DNA of 64,000 nt from Hypanus sabinus (Eukaryota), in assembly GCF_030144855.1 (NCBI RefSeq), contig NC_082715.1:142600001-142664000 (forward strand). The letters are read 5' to 3'. A program made the position numbers and the translations under genes. Under the pieces are notes generated by a model. It searched no databases. It saw only the letters and a program-made list of their open reading frames with translations, and had not been told where the DNA came from. Shown here piece after piece: positions 1 through 10,789 of the stretch. The stretch's first letter is position 1. Each line of letters opens with the position of its first letter.

Positions 1-592
1 AGTGCAAGGGGCTTTATAAAAGTGTTGGTCAGACTGCACTTGATGCATTGTGAGCAGTTTTGCTCCTGTTATCTGAGAAAGAATGTGCTGGCACTGGAAA
101 GGATCCAGAGAATAACTCCAGAGAGTTATTCAGGGAATGAAAGGCTTTACGGATGTGCAGAGTTTGATGGCTCTGGACCTGTTCTCACTGGCGTTTAGAC
201 GAACAAGGGGGATCACATTGAAACCTACCAAATATTGAAATGCCTATATAGGGTAGATGTAGAGAGGATGTTTCATAAAGTGGGGGAGTCCAGGACCAGA
301 GGGAACAGCCTCAGAATAGAAGTATGCCCCTTTTAGAATAGAAATGAGGAGAAATTTACTCAGCCAGAGGGTGGCGAATCTGTCGAATTCATTGCCACGT
401 ACAACTCTGGAGGCTGTCGCTGTGGATGTTGAAAGCAGAGGTTGGTAGATTGTTGAGTAATAAGGGCGAAGGCAGATAATAAAGAGGGATAAATATAAAT
501 ATTGAGAGGGAGAATAAATCTGCCATGATGGAATGGCAGAGCAGACTCAATGAGTCAAATGGCCTAAATCTGCACTGAAGCCTTATGGTCAT
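1..592 (+). mobile_element. CR1-clade LINE, decayed 3' fragment
   Basis: Degenerate CR1 ORF2 C-terminus (HIETYQILK...GESRTRGNSLRI) followed by a CR1 3' UTR (gccatgatggaatggcagagcagactcaatg...cttatggtc). Confidence 0.85.
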
Positions 593-933
593 GAAGCAAG
601 GATTGAGAGAGGGAGAGAGAAACAGAAAAGTGACACAGGGAAGGGGGGAGTCAAATCAGTTGCAGAAACAACTGAAGATTGGGTGGAGTGACAAATAATA
701 CTTGGCAGTTTAAATTCTCAGAACCTTGAGTCAGTAATTTACCGGCTATTGGAAGAGCTTGTCAGTTTCCTTTGACTCCATGCAGTCGAGGAGCATTGCA
801 GGAACATAAATATTCCCATTGAAAAGGTATTTACACAGTTAATTGTCAGCTCTGTGCCATGTTTAATGGGCAATTATACCACAAGAGCAGTAAGCTTTGG
901 CGGGCTGCTGTCATTCCAGTCAGTCAGTCAGGA

Positions 934-1383
934 GCCTTTTTTTTATTACAAAATTCTTTATTACAAATTTCGGTGCTATACAATATATACAAAACAGTGG
1001 CAAACACAATTACTGCACTACAAATAGACAATAGACATTACACCAGAATGTTGCCATCCCTATCCACGATGGCATTCACACCCCGCGGAGCCCAATGGTC
1101 TCGAAACTCCTCCAAAGCCGCTGTGGACTGCATGTGTTCTTTTTCAATAGTTACCCGGGCACGAACATACCCCCTAAACATTGCCAGGCAGTCTGCCCGG
1201 GGAGATCCTCCCGCCACCCGTTTCCAAGACCCACGGATGGCGGATTTCGCCAGCCCCAGGAGCAAGTTGACTAGGACATCCTCATCCCTCCATGCCCCCT
1301 TCCTTACTGGATGACCATATATAAACAGGGTGGGACTAAAATGCAGCCAGAAGGCGAGAAGCAGCCCACGCAAATATGCCTTT
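934..1383 (-). mobile_element. Tx1-type (L1 clade) non-LTR retrotransposon, 5'-truncated 3' end with poly(A) and 6-bp TSD
   Basis: ORF 1038-1421(-) encodes YLRGLLLAFWLHFSPTLFIYGHP...LLLGLAK...FRDHWAP, resembling the Tx1 ORF2 C-terminus; poly(T) at 937-944; gccttt at both 934-939 and 1378-1383. Confidence 0.8.
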
Positions 1384-1433
1384 GGAGATTGGGGAAATCT
1401 CTCCTCTTCCACACACTGCATGGGGATTTTTGC

Positions 1434-2163
1434 ACCTTGGTGTTGTGATGGACTCTGACTTAAATTTTAAATGCCGAATTAAGAGACTTACAAAGTCAGC
1501 CTTATACCGTCTTAAAAATATAGCGAGAGTTAAAAGGCTTATGTCCCAGCAAGATCTAGAAGACTCATCCATGCGTTTATTTTTAGCAGGCTTGACTACG
1601 GTTAAAGGTCCCGCAGGCAGCTGCAGCTCAATCAGAACGCTGCTGCTAGAGTCCTCAATGAGACCAAGAAAGTAGAACACATCACTCCAGGTCTCAGATC
1701 CTGTCCATCAGAGGACTGACTTCAAAGTATTACTACTTGTTTATAAGGCACTGAATGGTCTCGGGCCAAAATACGTCTCAGATCCCTTGCTGCATTATGA
1801 ACCTTCCCGAGCTCTCAGGTCGTCTGGGACTGGTCTACTTACCATCCCCAGGGTCAAAACTAAACACGGCGAAGCAGTTTTTAGCTACTGTGCTCCACGT
1901 ATCTGGAATAACCATCCCGAGTATCTGAAGTCTGCTCAACTTTAAGCACTTTTAAATCGGGGCTTGAAATTTTTTTTCCGCCGTAGCTTTTAATTAGAAT
2001 CTCCTGCATTGTGACTTCTATTTATCTCAATTTTTGTGTGATTTTATTCTCTGATATATCGTCTGAAATTTGATGTTTGATTTTTATATCTTGTTTTATG
2101 TAAAGCACTTTAAACTGCCTTGTGCTTGAAAAGTGCTATATGAATAAACGTTGCTTGCTTGCT
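1434..2163 (+). mobile_element. L2-clade LINE 3' fragment, teleost-like
   Basis: Frameshifted LGVVMDSDLNF...LKNIARVK..MSQQDLE...QLQLNQNAAARVL...HITP...YKALNGLGPKY...VKTKHGEA; L2 3' end tgtaaagcactttaaactgccttg...aataaacg(ttgc)n. Confidence 0.85.
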
Positions 2164-2169
2164 CAGATT

Positions 2170-2448
2170 CAGAATCCCTGTTCTTCGGTCCTTTAACTTT
2201 CCCATCTATCACCTCCCAGCTTCTCGTTTCATCCCCCCTATCTCACCCACCTTCCTTCCCCATCACCTGGTTTTACCTATCTCCTTCCAGCTTGCACACC
2301 TTGCCCTCCCCCACCTTCCTATTCTGGCTTCTTCCCCCTTCATTTTCAGTCCTGATGAAAGTTCTCGGTCCAAAATGTCAGCTCTTTATTCCTTTCTAAA
2401 GATGCTACCTGACTTGTTAAGTTCCACCAGCATCTTGTGTGTTGCTCT
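2170..2448 (+). mobile_element. Penelope-like element 3' region with decayed hammerhead motif
   Basis: Pyrimidine-rich tract, then cagtcctgatgaaagttctcggtccaaaatgtc (2347-2379) and the family tail gatgctacctgacttg...cagcatcttgtgtgttgc. Confidence 0.75.
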
Positions 2449-2489
2449 AATTTTAATACTAATAGCTACAAGCTACATTCACAGTTACT

Positions 2490-2982
2490 CCTCTGCACGT
2501 CACTATCGTAATGTGTGCATACTTACGTTATTGTCACCTTCCCGTCAGTCTGGCCATTTTCCTCTGACCTCTTTCATTAACGAGGTATTTTTGCGCACAG
2601 AACTCCCGCTCACTGGATTTTTGTTGCTTCTCCGTAAACTCTAGATCAGGGATTCCCATCCTGCGGTTCACTGACCCCTTGCTTAATGGTATTGGTCCAT
2701 GGTATATAAAAGGCTGGGAACCCCAATCTAGATCCTGTTGTTTGTGAAAATCCTAGGAGATACTCAAACCACCCCATCTGGCACCAACAATCATTCAACG
2801 TGATCAAAGTCACTTTGATCACATTTCTTCTATATTTTGATGTTTGGTCTGAACAACAACGGAACCTCTTGACCACGTTTGTATGCGTTTATGCATTGAT
2901 TTGCAGCCACATAATTGGCTAATTTGACACTTACATTAATATGCATGTGTACAGGTGTACCTTATAAAGCGGCCACTGAGTA
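2490..2982. mobile_element. Tc1/mariner-type non-autonomous element (partial)
   Basis: Ends in the TIR-like tgtaccttataaagcggccactgagta; body matches the copy at 60975-61482. Confidence 0.65.
2647..2725. mobile_element. Short hAT (Charlie-like) MITE nested in the Tc1-type element
   Basis: TIRs cagggattccc...gggaacccc; flanks ctctagat (2639-2646) and atctagat (2726-2733) fit an 8-bp NTCTAGAN TSD. Confidence 0.75.
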
Positions 2983-4000
2983 CGGTAAATTTAAAGCAGA
3001 CATTGATAAGTATGCAGTTAGTTAGGGGATCAAAGGTTATGGGGAGAAGGCAGGAGAATGGGATTGAGAGATCCAGATTCAGATTTATTTAGTCACAGAT
3101 ACATTGAAAAGTGTCGCTTGCATTAACAACCAACGCGAGCAAAGGACGCGCTGGGAGCAGCCCACAAGGGTTGCCACACATTTTGGCGCCGACATGCCCA
3201 CAGTGTTTGACAAAGCAGAGAACAACATGAGCAGCAGAAGCAACAAACTCGGCAGAACGAAACAAGACAGCAACAACGAAACAGGTCCTTTTCCCGATAG
3301 GAAACAGAAATTAACCACGATCAAATGATGTAGCCGTTTCAATGGGCCGAACAGCCTAATTTTGCTCCTATGGCCTTGGTCTAACATCACTGTAAATGGT
3401 GGTCCCTCCAGTGCAACGCTCCCGTACATCTCTGGAGGACAGCTGAAGTGTTTCTACCGAAGTCTTTGGATCAGAACCCACAGACTTCTTACTCCAAGGC
3501 AGTGGAGTGTTCCTCTCACCCATGGGTGAACATCCCAGACACAAATACTGTAATAGCGATTGCTTTATGCACAGTTCTCTCCATTTTACCTGTCAGAGTT
3601 GTTTTGAGAACAACCCAACGTCCCATTTAGGACGTCATCAGAGAGAGTGAGGGGGTTAATTTATTCCATTCATTCTGAGCTCAGTTGAAACTCACATGGT
3701 CATGGGTGTCTTTACAGCATCTCCTTGGATCTAACACTCTCTCCATTCCTGCTGATTTTCAGGTTGTTGTTTGGGAGCATTCTCTGGTTTACCATTTTTA
3801 ATGTTTTGCCAATATATCACGGGAATGATCCCACAGAGAGTGTGGAATTTGCATTTGTGTTTCAATAGCAGATGCATCTTTCCCCATTGATATGATGATT
3901 TATAACAGCCAACACATATCCTGTCCCTTTCATTTCACATACTGGCATTGCACTTCAATACAAGCATCTGTTCCTCTCCACTGCTTACTGACTATTTCAG

Positions 4001-5300
4001 TTATACCGGTTCCAAAGAAGAGCAATGTGTGCTGCCTTAATGACTATCACCCAATAGCACTCACATCGACGGTGATGAAATGCCTTGAGAAGTTGGTCAT
4101 GGCTAGAATCAATTCCTGCCTCAGCAAGGACCTGGACCCACTGCAATTTGCCTATCACCACAATAGGTCTATGGCAGATGCAATCTCAGCGGGTCATCAT
4201 GCGTCCTTGAATCACCAGGCCAATACAAATACCTACTGTGTGTCAGAATGCTGTACATTGACTATAGCTCAGCGTTTAACACCATCATTCCTACAATCCT
4301 GATCAATAAGTCACAGAACCTGGGCCTCTGTACCTCCCTCTGCAATTAAATCTTCGACTTCCTAACCAGAAGACCACAGTCTGTGCGGATTGGTGATAAC
4401 ATATCCTCCTTGCTGACAATTAACATTGGCATACCTTAGGGGGGTGTGCTTAGCCCACTGTTCTACTCCCTCTATACTGTGAAGCTAGGTATACTTCAAA
4501 TGCCATCTATAAATTTGCTGATGATATAACCATTGTTGGCAGAATGAACCAGTTGAGTGGTGTCATAGCCACAACCTTGCACTCAATGACAATAAGACCA
4601 AAGAGCTGATTGTGGACTTCAGGAAGGGTCAGACAAGGGAATACAAGGGATCAAAGGTAGAGAGAGTGAGCAATTTCAAGTTCCTGACTGTCAAGATCTC
4701 TGAGGATCTGACCTGATCCAAACATATCAATGCAGATATAAAGAAGGCAAGACAGCTGCTATATTTCATTAGGAGTTTGAGGAGATTTGGTTTGTCACCT
4801 AAAACACTCGTTGTACCATGGAGAGCTTTCTGACAGGCTGCATCACTGTCTGGTATGGGAGGGCTCCTGCACAGGATTGAAAGAAGCTACAGACATTTGT
4901 AAAATTAGCTCCATCTTGGGTACTAGCCTCCACAGTATCCAAGACAACTTCAAGGAGCAGAGCCTCAGAAAGCCGACATCCGTTATTAAGGACCCCCATC
5001 ACCCAGGCCATGCCCTTTTCTCACTGTTACCATCAGGTAGGAGGTACAGAAGCCTGAAGACACAGACTCAGTGATTCAGGAACAGCTTCTTCCCCTCTGC
5101 CATCCAATTCTTAAAAGTACATTGAACCCATAAGCTACACCTCATTCTTTCATTATTTCTGCTTTGGCACTGTTTTTACTTTATTTTTAAGTATACTTAC
5201 TGTAATTGGTTTACTTAAATTATCATGTGTTGCATTGTACTGCTTCTGCTAACTTAACATATTTCACGACATCTGCACGTGACATTAAACCTGATTCTGA
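4001..5300 (+). mobile_element. Rex1/Babar-type LINE, 5'-truncated, disrupted RT
   Basis: IPVPKKS...LNDYHPIALTSTVMKCLEKLV...LDPLQFAY; KFADD near 4511; DPHHPGHALFSLLPSGRRYRSL; tail attaaacctgattctga. Confidence 0.88.
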
Positions 5301-5649
5301 TCTCTCTTCCTCCCTCAGGCCCCTCCTCAGTCAAGTGCCCAGAAAATAGTTTGTGAAAGGTCCTTGTTCCAGGAGTTGATTTTGATGGGGAGCTGGTTGG
5401 TCCTGTGTGTAAAATCGTAGAGCAGACTGGAGCAGAGTTAATTTGATAAGAGGCATTCAGAATTGTGAGGGCTTTTGCTGAGGATAACAAGAAGGAACCA
5501 CTGCCAATGTTTGAGGGTGAAACAGCTCGTGGTGGGTGAGCTAAAGGAAAAAAGTTATTTAGTTCTGAGGAAGACCCACTGGCCCAAAACTGTTGACTGA
5601 TTTCTCTTTCCACAGACGCTGCTTGATTAGCTGGTTTCTTCCAATATTC

Positions 5650-7010
5650 CCATCAATGACAGGCAAAACCCTCCTCACCATTGCGCACGTTTACATGGAG
5701 CGTTGCCACAGGGAAGCGGGATCCATCATCGGGGACCTCAATCGCAGAGTCGTGCTCTCTCCTCACCACTACCACAGTGTAGAAGTTAGAGGAGCCTTCA
5801 GTCCCACACCACCAGGTTCAGGAACAGTTATAGCCCTTCAACCATCAGGATCTAGAGCCTGTGTGGATAACTTCAATCACACTAATCTGAACTGATTCCA
5901 CAACCTACAGATTCACTTTCAAGGACATTTCTCCACTCACGTTCTCAGTATTTAACTTGAGCAATTTGTCTTCTTTTGCATATTGCTTGTTGGTCAGTCT
6001 TTGTTCACTCAAAGAATCAAAAGTTCGAAGTTTGATTTATTATCGAAGTATACAACTTGAAATTCTCCTTCTCCGGGTAGCCATGAAACCAAGAAAGAAA
6101 GAAAGGCAGCATGATCATCGACCCGCCAGATACAGCCCCCACACAAAAACAGAACAGTCCCATTCAACCCCCAAATTCCTCCTCCCACACAAAAAAAACA
6201 AACAGAACAGGCACATCAACCCCCAAATCTCTCTTTCTGCACAAAAAAACACAAGAAAGTTGGGGCAAAAAAGGCAGAATTAAAAAACTATAAGACTGTT
6301 AAAAAGTTTATAGTCCAAGTCCATATATAAAATGCAGAAAACCTGAGGAACGCTCTCCAGCCCAGCGACAAACCTTTCGATCAAAAGACAGGCAGCCAGT
6401 GCTCACCCTCTGTACTCGCCTTGATGCTTTAATTGGTGAAATGGAGTCAAACAAAGCATTGCACCTCATCCCACAGCCTTCTCGCTACAAAGTTCACACA
6501 CACACGGCCTCTGTCTCCTGCAATCTTCTCAGAGACTGCAGAGCGCTGAAGCACCCAAACGATCTCCAAGCTTCCGCATTCGCCTTCATGTTTCAATCTC
6601 ACTCTTTGCTTGAATCAGTGAAGAATGGAAGCTTTAATCAGTGAAATGGAGTTGAACACCAGCTCGCAGCCTGGCTGACATACTGCCTCTGTCTCCTGGA
6701 ATCCGTTCAGAGACTGGAGCGCTGGAACACCCATGAAATCTCCAAACAGCAGGCCAAGCTCTAACAGTTCCAGAATCAATTCCAAGATGAGAAACAAACA
6801 AGAAAGACACAAAAGAACTGAAATATATGATTTCCTGATCTATCCGGAAGATGTTGACTGAAGGAGCATTGAATGCAGGCACCATTTAGAAAAGAAATTC
6901 TGTATAGTCTTTTGTAAACTCCATTGTGTTTCCTTATTTTTCTGTAAACACCTGCAAGAAAATGAATCTCAAGGTAACATAGACGTACTTTGATAGTAAC
7001 TTTGACATTT
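5650..7010 (+). mobile_element. Rex1/Babar-like LINE 3' remnant interrupted by the 6010-6890 element
   Basis: YMERCHREAGSII at about 5690; 3' UTR resumes after 6900 (cctgcaagaaaatgaatctcaagg...tactttgatagtaactttg), as in the copies near 38300, 48500 and 60320. Confidence 0.6.
6010..6890 (-). mobile_element. Non-autonomous retroelement-like insertion (no RT)
   Basis: Minus strand starts aaatggtgcctgc and ends in a T-rich tract and gataataaa-type tail; interrupts a Rex-like 3' UTR; similar architecture at 50255-51090. Confidence 0.45.
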
Positions 7011-8210
7011 TCTGTCTTTTAGTTTCAGATTTCACCAAGGGTCGCTGTTTTCGGAGTTGTTAAGACCCACAACAGAAAGGACAGGAGGCAGATTCAGCTG
7101 TAACTTTCCAGTGGACAAACAGTCAGAAGGGAGATCGTGCAGGATCGTGGATGAAGGCAGACGGGAGACTAATTGAAGAGTTGCTGAAGAGTCAGCAGGG
7201 GAGTATTGACCCAGGCAACCTCCTCCGAGCCCACAACCAAAGCGGTTGTGGATCCAGATCGGCTGGTGCTATCTTTAGTTCTGCTGCTTATCCCCCAGTC
7301 TCTTTGGATGGAGATTGTTTCTGTTTTGACTCCATGATAGTCACAACCCAGAGCTAAAGAGAGGAAACAAAACCTGCGCATGCAAACACACGTTCCTGAA
7401 TTAGAACACAGCCACAAAGAATGGACCAGCTTAATAATGGGCTCAGTGAGAGAGACAGTTTTATGCAAGAATAGCAGGCTTGTAGCTATCCAACCCTGTT
7501 TTAAAATACTATCACCAACAAAAAAAAATCAGAAATCAGAGGATGAGATGTTAATATCCCATGTGCCAATGGGTCGGGAGCACTCGTTCAAGGCTGCCTT
7601 CATGTTGGGAGTGCACAGGATTGTCACACAGGGGTTTTCAAGTGGGCACCCTCCTTCCTTAGTGTTTCATCGATCAACCCACTACATCTCGGAGAGCTCG
7701 ACAATGACTTCTGACGTCCCAGAGTCACCCACTGTTGTGACTGCATATTCTCTCGATGCTAGCCCAGAAGAGGTCTTTTTGCTTGATCCAAAGCCAGTGA
7801 CCGCTTCTTTCCACCGACTCTGGTGGTCTGCCGTGAAGTCTGACCGCAGATCCGTAGCTCCTTCAGCAAGTTGATGGTGGATGTGGCTATAAATCCCCAA
7901 CAACCCACTCCAAACCTCTGGTTTTCCAGCCCCATTGCTGAGCTTCAGCAGTTAGCTCTGCACTACAGGGATACTCTGTAACCAAAGTGGCTCACAGTTA
8001 CCTGGGTGAAGAAAGGTTACATGAAAAACACAACTTAAATACCAAATGCATCTCCTCACAGTGGCTGAATGGAAAGATTGTCTGAGTGCTTCATCCCAAA
8101 ACAATCAGCTACACTCATGGTTTATGATCAACAAACTTCAATCAGAAAGAAAATCTGGCCATGAACTTGTGTTTAAATCAGCACGGAACAGGCCAATCTA
8201 ACCCTTCGAG

Positions 8211-8440
8211 CCACATTGTCCCAGCAACCCCTCTCTCACTCCCACTGCCCCACACTGTCCCAACAACCCCCCTCTCACTCCCATGGCCCCACACTGTCCC
8301 AACAACCCCTCTCTCACTCCCATGGCCCCACACTGTCCCAACAACCCCTCTCTCACTCCCATGGCCCCACACTGTCCCAACAACCCCTCTCTCACTCCCA
8401 TGGTCCCACACTGTTCAAGAAACCCTTCTCTCACTCCCAC
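8211..8440. repeat. 39-bp minisatellite, about 6 copies
   Basis: Unit ccacactgtcccaacaacccctctctcactcccatggcc; 13-aa periodicity in the overlapping ORFs. Confidence 0.95.
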
Positions 8441-8740
8441 GGCACCACGGTAACATAATGGTTAGCACCACAATATTTCAGCTCAGGTCGTCGGAGTTCA
8501 GGTTTCAACTCCAGCACCTTCTGTAAGCAAGTTTGTACTTTCCTTCCCATGTGCGAGTGGGTTTCCTCCGCATTCTCTGGTTTTCCCCCACATTCCAAAG
8601 TCGTACCTGTTAATGGGCTAGTTGGTCATTGCAAACTGTCCCTAAGATTAGGCCGGGATTAAATCGGTGAATTGCTGGGAGGGGCGGCTGAAATTCTGGA
8701 AGGACACGTTCTGTGCTGTATCTCTGAATAAATAAATAAT
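8441..8740 (+). mobile_element. tRNA-derived V-domain SINE (HE1-like) with CR1-like tail
   Basis: A/B-box-like head, V-domain gtgggtttcctccg...ggttttcccccacattccaaag, tail gttctgtgctgtatctctgaataaataaataa. Confidence 0.75.
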
Positions 8741-8756
8741 TATGTGGGGCAGGATA

Positions 8757-9485
8757 ACAGTGTAGTGGTTAGTGTAACACATTATATCACTAGTGAACTG
8801 CCATTAGTGTAACACTCTATGTCACTAGTGAACAGCCATTAGTGTGATGCTCTATATCACCAGTGAACAGCCATTTGTGTAACACATTATATCACTAGTA
8901 AACAGCCATTAATGTAACACTTTACAGCACTAGTGATCAGCAATTAGTGTAACAGTTTACAGCACTAATGATCAGCAATTAGTGTGACACTTTACAGCAC
9001 TAGTGATCAGTGATTAGTGTAATACTTTACACCACTAGCGAACAGTGATTACTGTAACAGTTTACAGCACTAGAGATCAGTGATTAGTGTAATACTTTAC
9101 ACCACTAGCGATCAGTGATTACTGTAACAGTTTACAGCACTAGAGATCAGTGATTAGTGTAATACTTTACAGCACTAGTGAACAGCGATTACTGTAATGC
9201 CTTACAACACTAGTGATCAATGAACAGCACTAGTGATCACTGTCTGAGTTCTCTTCCTGCTTCTGTCTACATCCCCACAACCACAAGGGTTTTCTCCGGG
9301 TGCTCCGGTTCCCTCCCACATTCCAAAGAGGTACAGGTTCGAGTCAGGGTTGGTAAGTCATCAGTGCGTTGTGTTGGTGCTGGAAGCGCGGTCACACTTG
9401 TGGGCTGTCCCCAGCACATCCTCGACGTAAACAGCACATTTCTCTGTATGTTTCAATGTACATGTGACAAATAAAGCTAATCTCA
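8757..9485 (+). mobile_element. V-domain SINE whose head is expanded into a tandem array
   Basis: Starts tgtagtggttagtgtaac; after the array come the V-domain (ctccgggtgctccggttccctcccacattccaaag) and tail tgtacatgtgacaaataaagctaatct. Confidence 0.75.
8769..9240. repeat. 35-bp minisatellite, about 13 copies
   Basis: Unit ttagtgtaacactttacagcactagtgatcagtga; first two units start at 8769 and 8804. Confidence 0.92.
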
Positions 9486-9686
9486 TTTTAAAATGGTTTA
9501 TATTCAAGATAAAGGATTATAGATTGTTTAATGTCATTTCCAGACACAAGTGTAAAGGAGAACAAAATAATTGTTACTTCAGATCTGATGCAGTACAAGA
9601 AGCAACACTATAAGATAAAGACAGAGATTATATATATATGTTTGCGGATCAAAGTCAAATTAATTTCATTACCAACATGCATATCC

Positions 9687-9780
9687 ACCCAGTGGCAACT
9701 GTATTAGGTTCAGGAGTGGAACCCAGTGTGCACTAACCAGCAGGTTTACAGTGCCCCTAATAAAGTGGCCACTGATTGTA
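9687..9780. mobile_element. Very short Tc1-type MITE
   Basis: Inverted termini cacccagtggcaactgtattagg / cctaataaagtggccactgattg. Confidence 0.65.
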
Positions 9781-10789
9781 TGTTATCATATACTTCCCTG
9801 AGATCCATTTCATTGTGTTTACAGGAAAATGAAATATAATAGAATTCATGAAAAACTACACATAAACAGACTGGTGACGGTATGTGCCCATGGGTTACTG
9901 TACGAAGGTGCGTATGCATACATATCTCTACATGTCCCCTTTGCCATTCACATACACCTCCCCCTTTATCGTCACTGCTCCGGTCTCACTTTCTGTTGAA
10001 AAGTAATGATATATAACACATTAGGCTCCCCCTTTGTGGCTCAGTAAGATTTGACCTTTACCTGGCAGCACCTAAAACCCGTTGCAGAGATGGTTATCGG
10101 AGGAGTGAGCCTTCTGAAGCCCACGTGCCCACACAGCGGCTGATCTCACTAAGGGGCTCCTGGGATCTGATGAGGACCTGCAGGTGATTCTTTTTCTGTA
10201 AACAAACGCAATTGAAAAGATAAACCGGTATCTGTGGAGGAATGATTCAGTCAGAGCTACCTAATCCTGCATTAACTTTATGCACAGTGATTCATTGCTT
10301 TTGTCAGGTGATATTGTGCCGGCCAATGGAAAGAAAGGTCACAAGATGAGACAGGTTATAAATAGCGTGTTCAACTATGATCTGTCAATATGGAGTTTGA
10401 TTTAAGAGGCAAAGGTTATCAAGCAGTGAGGGGATGCAGACATCACTGGTGATGAGATAAAAAATATACTTAATTGTTTGAGATTTTATTTATTTTATCT
10501 TGTATTTAGAGATACAGTCTGGACGGGCCCAACGAATCACACCGTCCAGCAACCCACCTAATCAGAGGACAATTTCGAATGAAAAGTTTAATTGGTTAAT
10601 TGGTCACGTAGCTGTAATTGGGCAGTACAGGCTCATTGTGCTGCATCTCTAAACAAAACATTCCCAACTTGTGCTATGTAGATGGTAGAAAGATCCTAAA
10701 TATGAGGAGTTGGGTCACTCATTGCTGGATATCTAACCCCTGACCTTCTCTGGGACTTTAGTATTTATGTATCTGGTCTAATTTAACCT

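Noticed and set aside
8161-8526. Pro/Thr/His-rich repetitive ORFs
   Set aside because: Translation of the 39-bp minisatellite, open in several frames
8769-9240. CRISPR-like look of regularly spaced, partly palindromic 35-bp units
   Set aside because: Units are head-to-tail with no unique spacers, there are no cas genes, and the context is a eukaryotic SINE
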